Positions 55,957-64,000 of a stretch of DNA of 64,000 nt are shown piece by piece. Location of the stretch: assembly GCA_963814585.1 (NCBI GenBank), contig CAWFDF010000009.1:160001-224000 (forward strand). The letters are read 5' to 3'. The position numbers were made by a program, and so were the translations under genes. The notes beneath the pieces were generated by a model. It made no database searches. It had not been told where the DNA came from and saw only the letters and a list, made by a program, of their open reading frames with translations. This DNA comes from an uncultured delta proteobacterium (GTDB lineage Bacteria; Myxococcota; Myxococcia; Myxococcales; Anaeromyxobacteraceae). Every line of letters starts with the position of its first letter. The first letter of the stretch is position 1.

Positions 55957-57852
55957 ATGTGCGGCATCGTTGGGTGGCTCGTGGGATCGGCAGGCCGCTC
56001 GCCATCTCGACATCGAAGCGTGGAGTCGCGGCCCTGCGCCACCGCGGGCCGGACGGTCAGGCCACGGCCGTCATCTCAGGGCGATCATGCGACCTGCACG
56101 CTCGGTCACACCCGGCTGGCCATCATCGACCTCTCCCCGAGGCGGCGCGCAGCCAATGCGCTCCGACGACGGACGCTTCACGCTCGTCTTCAACGGGGAG
56201 ATCTACAACTTCCGTGCGCTCCGCGCGGAGTTGGAGGCCGCAGGTCACCGGTTCAGATCGAGTTCCGACACCGAAGTGCTGCTCCGCAGCGCTCGTCGCC
56301 TGGGGGCCCGTCGGCCTGCACGCGGCTTCGCGGGATGTTCGCCTTCGCGCTCTTCGACCGGCAGGAGGAGACGCTCCTCCTCGCCAGGGACCGGCTCGGC
56401 ATCAAGCCACTCTACGTTCGCCAGACGAGGAGCGTCTGGTCGCGTTCGCCTCCGAGGTCCGGGCGCTGGTCGCTGCGAAGGCCGTGGAGCCACGGCTCGA
56501 TCCCGAGGCGGTGGCTGGCCTGCTGGCGACCGGCTCGGTCCCCGAACCGCGCACCATCCTCGAAGGCGTGGAGATGCTGAGTCCAGGAAGCTGGCTGCGC
56601 GCCGGGCGCAGCCGGCGTGGAGCGGGCTACCTACTGGGAGCTCCCTGACACCGATTGCCGATCGATTGCGACCGCCAGCGAGGCGATCGAGGCGGTCGGC
56701 GCGGAGCTTCGCGCGGCCGTCGGCATGCAGCTCGTAGCCGACGTCCCGCTCGGGGTCTTCGTGTCCGGCGGGATCGACAGTTCGGTGGTCCTGGCCATGG
56801 CGGCTGAGCGTGCGGCCGGGCCGGTGACCGCCATCACCGTCGAGCTGGAGGACTCGAGGTTCGACGAGAGCCGGTTCGCGAAGGTGGTCGCCGAGCAGTA
56901 CGGGGCCCGCCAGGTCAGAGTCCTCGCTCTCCGCGGCGCGCGCGGCGGCCTCGATAGACGAGGCCGTTTCCGCGCTCGACCAGCCCTCCTCCGACGGCCT
57001 CGAATTCCTACTTCGTGTCCCGCGCGACCCGCGAGGCTGGGATCACCGTCGCGCTGAGCGGACTCGGCGGCGACGAGCTCTTCGCTGGTTATCAACCACT
57101 TCCGTACCTTCCGGACCGTCATGCGCTGGCGCCGGGCTCTCCGGCCCGCTGGCGACGCACCTGCCGGACTGCCGGAAGGGATCCGTTCGCGTCGCGCAGC
57201 CATGGGCCAAGGGCAAGGAGCTCCTGGCCTGCATGGGGAGCGCCGGAGCGACCTACGACACGTTGCGAGCCATGTTCCTCCCCGCCGCAGGTTTCCGCAC
57301 TCATGCCTGGACGACTGGTTTCCGCCAGCGTCCTGGACTCCAGCTTCGCCAATCTCGCCGAGCGGCTCGCCGAGGCCGACCCCGTCAACGCCTACGGTCG
57401 GTTCGAGCTCAGCCCGGTACCTTCGCAACACACTCCTGCGCGACACCGACGTGATGAGCATGGCGAGCGCCCTTGAGGTCCGCGTTCCGCATCATCGACC
57501 ACAAGGTCGTGGAATTGGCGCTGGCCATTCCGGGCCATCTCAAGATCGGCGGAAGAATCAACAAGCCGATCCTCGCCGCCACCGTGCCGTCCCTTCCGGC
57601 AGCGCACGGCGGTCGCCCCAAGCAGGGCTTCGCGCTGCCCTTTGACGCCTGGTTTCGTGGGACGCTGCGGGGCTGGATGGAGGAGCGGCTGCTGGGCGAA
57701 CCCGACCAGGCGACTCGGGCTCGTCGATCCAGATGCGGTCGCCGGCGCCTGGCGCGCCTTCCTGAGGGGCGAGCGGTACGTCTCCCACTCGCGAGTCTGG
57801 ACGCTGGCGGTGCTCGCCGACTGGTGCCAGCGCAACGGGGTAGCGCGCGTGA
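55957..57852 (+). CDS. asnB: Asparagine synthase-like glutamine amidotransferase (WbpS/LtsA type), multiply frameshifted
   Basis: [79 protein letters not shown]. Confidence 0.85.
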
Positions 57853-59034
57853 CGCCCCACGCAGTCCGATTCGAGCGCCGTCCGCGAGCTGACAGTCGTC
57901 ACCCCCGACCTCTTCGAGCAGGGAGGGGCATCGCCGCATCGCGCGCGCGACGGTGCTCGCTGCCACCCTCCACTGCGCCGATCACGCGGCGCTCGTCTGA
58001 CGGTCTTGTCGCTTACCGATGGAGGTGCGGTTCGCGACCAACGCTACCTCCCGGCCGGGAGGCCACGTTTCTCGGCTTCAGCGGCAGCCGTGTTCGGCTC
58101 ATCCGTGAGGTGGTCTGCCCGAGCCTGGTGCCCTACGACCACGCCGGAGTCATCTTCTGCCACGTCAATCTCGCCGTGATCAGGGCTGCTGTTCCCGCGA
58201 CGAAGAAGTCTTCACTGTGGTCGCGCACGGCGTCGACGTCGTGGGAGCAGCTCAGCCTGCCGCGGCGCGTTGCCCTCCGCCGCGCGGCCGAGGTCTGGCC
58301 GGTGAGCGATTACACTGCTCGCGTCGTCCAGCGGCTTCACGGCGTCCCCACAGCCCGCACCAGGGTCATCAAGAACTGCCTCGACTCCTTCTGGTCGCCT
58401 GGCCGTTCGGCTCCGTCTCCAGAGGCGCACTTCGCCCTGGCCGTCTCCCGCCTCGGCAAGGGAGATCGCTACAAGGGATTGGACGTGACCATCAGGGCCT
58501 TCGCGCGGCTGCCGGCTTCACTTGGACCTGTGGAACTTATGGTGGTGGGCGACGGAGAGGACCGGGCACGACTGGAGGCGCTCGCGGCAGCGTCGGGCGC
58601 GAGGGTCCGATTTCTCGGGCCGGTCAGCGACGAGCGGCTCCAGGAGCTCTACGGTTCCTGCGCCTTCTTCGTCCTCCCGTCCTCCAAGGAGGGCTTCGGA
58701 CTCGTTTACCTGGAGGCGATGGCCGCGGGGCGGGCGGTGGTCGCGGCGAGCGCCACGGCCGTGCCGGAGATTGTTTCCGACGGCGTCGACCGGGCGACTG
58801 GTGGGTGCAGCCGACGAACTGGGGCTGGCCGCGGCCATGGCGTCACTCTTCTCGGACCCGGCTCTCGCGGCGCGGTACGGCGAGGCAGGGCGGCAACTGC
58901 TGGAGACCCGCTTTGGCTTCCAGAGATACCGGTCCGAGGTGGGTGACGCCCTGGCCCAGGTCTTCGGAATCGGCCCCTGTCCTGGCGAAGCGTGTCCTCC
59001 TTCAGCCGCCGCCACGAGCGGGCGGACGGCCTGA
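57849..59034 (+). CDS. GT4 glycosyltransferase, frameshifted
   Basis: AHGVD, VSRL..RYKG, KEGFGLVYLEAMAAG. Confidence 0.82.
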
Positions 59035-59036
59035 CC

Positions 59037-60167
59037 GTGCGCGTGCTCCACATCGTCCCCAGCTATTACCCGGCAGTCCGGTACGGTGGCCCTATTGTCA
59101 GCGTCAGGCGGCTCTGCGAGTCACTGGTACAGGCCGGGGTGGAGATTGATGTCGCCACGACCGACGCGGACGGGCCTGGGGACCTCGACGTCCCAACCGA
59201 CCGGTGGACGGACCTGGACGGCGTTCGCGTGCGCTATTTCCACCGTTGGCCGAGGGTCGACTTCGCCTTCTCGCCCCCTCTCGCGAGGTTCCTGGCCAAG
59301 GAGACCAGGAGCTACGACCTCGTGCACGTCGTCGGCACCTTCAGCTTCCCCTCGCTTGCAGCTGCCGCCGCTGCGCGCGGCGCTGGTGTTCCATACGTCG
59401 TCTCGACCCGTGGAAGCATCCAGCCCTGGTCACTCGCCCAGAAGCGTTGGAAGAAGCTTCCCTACTGGACTCTCTTCGAGCGCAGGAACCTGGAGCATGC
59501 TGCTGCCATCCACGCGACGGCCGCAGCGGAGGCCGACGCGATCAGGGCGCTGTTTCCAAACGCCCGGGTCTTCGTTTCGCCAAACGGAGTCGAGACCGTC
59601 GCTCCGCCGAAGGTGGAACGGAACCCTCGCCAGGTTGTCTTTCTCGGCCGGATCCACAAGGTGAAGGGCTTCGACGTCCTCATCCCCGCGCTTGCGCGGG
59701 TGGCCGAGGCGCTACCGGGTGTCCAGGCTATCGTGGCGGGCCCGGACGACGAAGGGGAGTGGCCCAGGGTCGAGAAGCTGCTCGAAGGCGCCCGCCCTCG
59801 ACCGGAGGTCCGCTACGTCGGAGCGGTGACCGGCGACGACAAGTGGCGGCTCCTGGCCTCTTCAGGCGTGTTCGTTCTCCCCTCTCACACGGAGAACTTC
59901 GGGGTCGCGGTGGCCGAGGCGCTCGCCTGCGGCACGCCGGTCGTGGTCAGCCGCAACTGCCCTTGGCGCTTGGTCGAAGAGCATGGCGCCGGCTATTGGG
60001 TGGAGAACACCCCGGAGAACGTGGCGAAGGCGCTACTCGCCATCCTGCGGGACCCTGCCCTGGCCAGCAGGATGGGGGCCGCCGGGATCGAACTCGCGCG
60101 GGCCTATTCCTGGCAGGGCCTTGGGCGGAAGATGGCGGAGTGGTACCGAGAGGTCCTGGGCCCGTGA
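59037..60167 (+). CDS. GT4 glycosyltransferase
   Basis: RVLHIVPSYYPAVRYGGP, FLGRIHKVKG, ENFGVAVAEALACGTPV; intact ORF. Confidence 0.92.
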   Translation: MRVLHIVPSYYPAVRYGGPIVSVRRLCESLVQAGVEIDVATTDADGPGDLDVPTDRWTDLDGVRVRYFHRWPRVDFAFSPPLARFLAKETRSYDLVHVVGTFSFPSLAAAAAARGAGVPYVVSTRGSIQPWSLAQKRWKKLPYWTLFERRNLEHAAAIHATAAAEADAIRALFPNARVFVSPNGVETVAPPKVERNPRQVVFLGRIHKVKGFDVLIPALARVAEALPGVQAIVAGPDDEGEWPRVEKLLEGARPRPEVRYVGAVTGDDKWRLLASSGVFVLPSHTENFGVAVAEALACGTPVVVSRNCPWRLVEEHGAGYWVENTPENVAKALLAILRDPALASRMGAAGIELARAYSWQGLGRKMAEWYREVLGP

Positions 60168-60219
60168 TCCCGAGACGCCTGATGGTGCTGGTCACTCACG
60201 CTGTCCCACAGTGCCATCC

Positions 60220-61076
60220 ATGACCTCGACCACTGGGGTGCAGTTGCTTTCGGTCGTGATCCTCACGAGGGACGAGGAGGCCAACCTCCCGCGGACCTTG
60301 GACAGCCTGAGGGGGATCGGAGCCGAGGTCTTCGTCGTTGACTCTGGAAGCACCGACCGGACGGTCGAGATTGCGCGCGCCGCTGGCTGCTCGGTCTGGA
60401 GCATGCATTCGTGAACCAGGCCGCTCAGGTGAACTGGGCCCTGGACAACCTGCCCTTGGCCACTCCGTGGGTGATGCGCCTGGACGCCGACGAGCGGCTG
60501 ACGGCGGAGCTCGCCAACGAGCTTCAGTCCGTCCTGCCAGTCGCTCCGCCCGAGGTGTGTGGCTACCAGCTGAAGCGGCAGGTCCATTTCTGGGGAACCT
60601 GGATCCGCCACGGCGGCTATTACCCGACCTGGCTTTTCCGCATCTGGAGGCGCGGCACCGCCCGCAGTGAGCAGCGCTGGATGGACGAGCACATGGTCTC
60701 GAGTGGCGGGCGGATCGAGCGCCTCCGGCACGACATCATCGACGAGAACCACAAGGGCCTTGGATTCTGGGTGGAGAAGCACAACCAGTATGCCGACCGC
60801 GAGGTGAAGGACCTGTTGGCCAGGCGCGGCGTACCGGAGACGACGGCGGTGGGCGGCCAGGCAGGGAGGAAGCGCTGGCTCAAGGAGAAGCTCTATGGCC
60901 GCTCTCCTCTGTTCTTCCGCGCGTTCGCCTACTGGTTTTTCCGTTACTTCGTTCTGCTCGGGTTCCTGGACGGCGTCCCCGGCCTGGTCTTCCACTTCAA
61001 CCAGGCGCTCTGGTATCGCCTCCTCGTGGACGCCAAGCTCCATGAAGCGAGGCGAGCCAGGCCCGACCCAGATTGA
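60220..61076 (+). CDS. GT2 glycosyltransferase (WaaE/KdtX-like), frameshift near 60400
   Basis: LSVVILTRDEE, VVDSGSTDRT, RLDADE, KHNQYADRE, GFLDG. Confidence 0.87.
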
Positions 61077-61205
61077 CCACTTCCGAATCGCCGGTTTCTG
61101 TCACGAGCCATTGCGCTGTCGACAAGGCATCGGGGGAGTTTCGATGATCCGCTTTGACAGGCGGCGACCCTGGATATCCAATGCGACTTCCTCACGAAGG
61201 GGAGC

Positions 61206-61860
61206 ATGAGAAGGCGCTCGATGCAGGCTAGCGAGATCTCAGGGTACGAGTGGAAGAGCGGCGCTCTGACGAGCGCTCATGACTACCTGCTCCCGGTCGT
61301 ATTGAGCGAGGTCGCACGAGTCTTCGAGGCCCTCCCCGCCGGTGAGAGGCGGTTGTTCGAGGTCGGATGCGGCAATGGCAGCGTCGCCAGTGTGCTGACG
61401 CAGCACGGATGGGACGTCACCGGGATAGATCGATCGACCGACGGCATCGCTCACGCCAACGCCAACCACCCGAGTCTGAAGCTCCGGCTGGGTTCAGCCT
61501 ACGATGATCTGTCCACGCACTATGGGCGCTTCCCAGTGGTGGTCAGCCTGGAAGTCGCAGAGCATGTCTGACTTCCCGCGCCGATTCGCCGCTTCGATAT
61601 TCAACTTGCTTGGTCCGGGAGGCACCGTGATCTTGTCGACTCCCTACCACGGGTACTGGAAGAACCTGGCGCTGGCACTCACTGGCAAGCTGGATGCGCA
61701 CTTCACGGCCCTCTGGGACCACGGGCACATCAAGTTCTGGTCTATGCGAACGCTCGCTGAGCTGCTTGGCGAGGCGGGGTTCGTCGACATCCGTTTCAGG
61801 CGCGTGGGGCGGATTCCGGTCTTGGCCAAGTCGATGATCGCCATCGGCAGACGACCCTGA
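61206..61860 (+). CDS. Class I SAM methyltransferase, frameshift near 61568
   Basis: FEVGCGNG, SLEVAEHV, STPYHGYWKNL, HGHIKFWS. Confidence 0.85.
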
Positions 61861-62431
61861 AACAGTATTGATCTGACCGATGGGCCGCGTCCGAGACAAC
61901 GGTGTACCTCCCCGGGCTTGGAGCGGTAGCGCTACTGGGGGCACCAGGTACAACTCTCTTGCTAACGGTGATCTTCGGACTGGCCGGGTCGCTGGTGGAG
62001 ATGTCGGAGTGCAGGCGGCCCCGCCCTACCGGCCTTTCCCCGCCGGAGCCGCCTGCGTGCCGCTGGCCGGCGGCCTGGGCATGCCCCTGCCGCTCCGGCT
62101 TGCGCCGGTTGACCTGCTCCACCTGCTCGCGGACCTGCTGCTTCCGGAAGCCGTGCAGCATCTTCTGGGCCTCCACCGGATCCTCGGGCAGCCACGCCGG
62201 CGGCGGTCCCCGGAGCTGCGGCGTCTCGATCATGATCGGCGCCCCGTACTCGTTGCCCGCCAGGAAGGACGGGTACGGCGACAGCCCCAGCTGCCACCCG
62301 TCCGCCCGACCGGGCCCGCGGCCGGAGGCCGGCCCCGGCACGGAGAACTCGGCGAGCCGGTAGACGACCAGCCCCAGGCCCGCCAGCAGCAGGACGATCA
62401 CGGCGACGGCGAGTGCGGTGAGCTTGCCCAC
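61796..62431 (-). CDS. Hypothetical membrane-anchored protein; 3' end uncertain
   Basis: GTG at 62431, 6 nt after TATACT; N-terminal TM helix; host-like codons until about 62020. Confidence 0.5.
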   Translation of the reverse strand: MGKLTALAVAVIVLLLAGLGLVVYRLAEFSVPGPASGRGPGRADGWQLGLSPYPSFLAGNEYGAPIMIETPQLRGPPPAWLPEDPVEAQKMLHGFRKQQVREQVEQVNRRKPERQGHAQAAGQRHAGGSGGERPVGRGRLHSDISTSDPASPKITVSKRVVPGAPSSATAPSPGRYTVVSDAAHRSDQYCFRVVCRWRSSTWPRPESAPRA

Positions 62432-62457
62432 GGACGGAGTATAACGCCGCGCCCCGG

Positions 62458-64000
62458 CTACGCCCCGCCGGCCGCCTTCTCCGCCTTGTCGCCGTCGTAG
62501 TAGCCGTACTGGTAGTAATAGGCATACTGCCCATACTTCTGGTCCTGCAGGTCGAGGTCGTTCAGGACCGCGCCGAAGATGGGCGCGTTGACGTCGCGCA
62601 GCTGCTTGACCGCCTGCCGGGCCGCGTCGCGCGAGGTCTTGCCGGCCTTCAGCACCACCAGCACGCCGTCCACCTGGGTGCCCACCACCACCGCGTCGGC
62701 CACCACGCCCACCGGCGGCGAGTCGATGATGACCCGGTCGTAGCCCGCCGCCATCTCCGCCAGCAGCCGCTGGAAGGCGGCGGTGTGCAGCAGCTCGGCC
62801 GGGTTGGGCGGCACCGGCCCGCAGGGGAGCACGTCGAGCTTCGGCACCTGGGTGGGCTGCGTGAGCTCGGCGAGCGTCCCCTCGCCCAGGATCAGCGACG
62901 ACAGCCCGGCCCGGGTCTCCAGCCCGAAGATCTTGTGCACCCTCGGCTTGCGCATGTCGGCGTCCACCAGCAGCACCCGGCTGCCGCTGCCGGCCATGGT
63001 GATGGCCAGCGAGGTGGCGGTGGTGGTCTTGCCCTCCTGCGGCCCGGAGGAGGTGACCATGATGGTCTTGAGCGGCCGCTCCGGCGACATGAAGAGCAGG
63101 TTGGTGCGCACCGCCCGCAGGCACTCGGCCACCGCGCTCTTGGGCTGGTCGTGGACCACCAGGTCCGGCACCCAGCCGTCCTTGGTCTTCTCGATGGTGG
63201 GGATGATGCCCAGGAAGGTGAGCCCGAGCCGCTCCTCCACCTGCTGCTGGGTGGTGATCGACTGGTCGAGCGCCTCGGCGCCGAAGGCCAGGCCCACCCC
63301 GCCCAGCAGGCCGAGCAGCAGCGCCAGCGCCATGTTCTTGACCAGGTCCGGCCGCACCGGCCGGCCGGCCGGCCGCGCCCGGTCCAGGATCCGCACGTTG
63401 GAGACCTGCAGCATGCCGGAGACGCCGGTGTCCTTGAGCCGCTTCAGCACCAGCTCGTAGAGCCGCTGGTTGTTGTCGTAGCTGCGCTTCAGCTCCAGGT
63501 AGTCGCGCTCGTACTGGTTGAGGCCGAAGGCCTCGGTCTTGGTCTCGTTGAGCAGGACCTGCAGGTTGCTCTCGGTCTTCTGCGTCTCCTGGTACTCCTG
63601 GCGGGCGGCCTTGAGCGCCGTCTTGATCTCGTCGCGCAGCCCCTGCAGGGTCTCGGCCAGCCGCTTGTCGCAGGCCTGCAGCCTGGGGTGGTCCTCGCCG
63701 TACTTGCTGCGCAGGTCGGCGCACTCGGCGCGCGCCTCCAGGTAGCGCAGCTTGATCTGCTGGATGGCCATGGAGGTGGCCACCGGCTGCAGCGCCTCCA
63801 CGTCGGCGCCGGCCTTCTCGAAGCGCTGGGCCACCGCCTGGATGGCGTCGTTGCGGGCCTGCAGCTCGGCGCGCCGCACCCGGGCGCGGGTCAGGGCGTC
63901 GTTGATCTGGTTGAGCCGCTGGGTGACCATCGACTGGCGGTCCTCCCAGGTGGTGGCCACGATGTCGTGCGACTGCTTGAACTCGAAGAGCGCCTTGCCG
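62458..64000 (-). CDS. wzc: Polysaccharide co-polymerase / tyrosine autokinase (5' part outside the window)
   Basis: SSGPQEGKTT Walker A, LLVDADMRKP, IIDSPP, C-terminal Tyr cluster YGQYAYYYQYGYY. Confidence 0.93.
   Translation of the reverse strand, partial: GKALFEFKQSHDIVATTWEDRQSMVTQRLNQINDALTRARVRRAELQARNDAIQAVAQRFEKAGADVEALQPVATSMAIQQIKLRYLEARAECADLRSKYGEDHPRLQACDKRLAETLQGLRDEIKTALKAARQEYQETQKTESNLQVLLNETKTEAFGLNQYERDYLELKRSYDNNQRLYELVLKRLKDTGVSGMLQVSNVRILDRARPAGRPVRPDLVKNMALALLLGLLGGVGLAFGAEALDQSITTQQQVEERLGLTFLGIIPTIEKTKDGWVPDLVVHDQPKSAVAECLRAVRTNLLFMSPERPLKTIMVTSSGPQEGKTTTATSLAITMAGSGSRVLLVDADMRKPRVHKIFGLETRAGLSSLILGEGTLAELTQPTQVPKLDVLPCGPVPPNPAELLHTAAFQRLLAEMAAGYDRVIIDSPPVGVVADAVVVGTQVDGVLVVLKAGKTSRDAARQAVKQLRDVNAPIFGAVLNDLDLQDQKYGQYAYYYQYGYYDGDKAEKAAGGA

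Noticed and set aside
33966..57852. Lasso peptide cluster (AsnB-like cyclase, NTP_transf_5, nearby ABC exporter)
   Set aside because: AsnB keeps the N-terminal MCGI glutaminase and lies among glycosyltransferases; no B protein, PqqD or precursor seen
44389..62020. Invertible phase-variation segments explaining the strand switches
   Set aside because: No shared inverted repeats seen at the junctions by eye and no invertase in the window

Overview
High-GC bacterial DNA whose gene content and order point to a Myxococcota (Anaeromyxobacter-like) chromosome (inference). Many genes are split by single-base frameshifts, typical of an unpolished long-read assembly. Layout: (1) 1-16.5 kb core genes: sigma54-type glnA, MFS transporter, receiver-DUF4388 regulator, a translationally coupled DUF4175-like/TPR-metallopeptidase/MoxR/DUF58/BatA-vWA/nagZ operon, and an ECF sigma/anti-sigma operon. 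(2) 16.6-27 kb copper module: a large Cys-rich multicopper oxidase with two accessory genes, divergent from cusBA (CusB has four CPMHP metal-binding domains). (3) 27-34 kb: an ABC exporter, then a dense cluster of toxin-antitoxin-like modules (NTase pair, VapBC, HicAB, orphan antitoxin-like ORF) and a duplicated-domain HNH nuclease around wzb. (4) 34-64 kb: a Wzx/Wzy capsule/EPS locus ending in wzc, with a lower-GC core (about 44.4-62 kb) rich in tailoring enzymes. Most notable: an integrase-free XRE-ImmA/IrrE peptidase + PIN cassette bounded by an exact 67-bp direct repeat at the overlapping 3' ends of wbpP and wecA. Near-perfect Myxococcus-type LexA boxes lie upstream of both this cassette and the HNH nuclease, suggesting DNA-damage-inducible nuclease modules embedded in a capsule locus. 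No rRNA, tRNA, CRISPR array, transposase or integrase was recognised.
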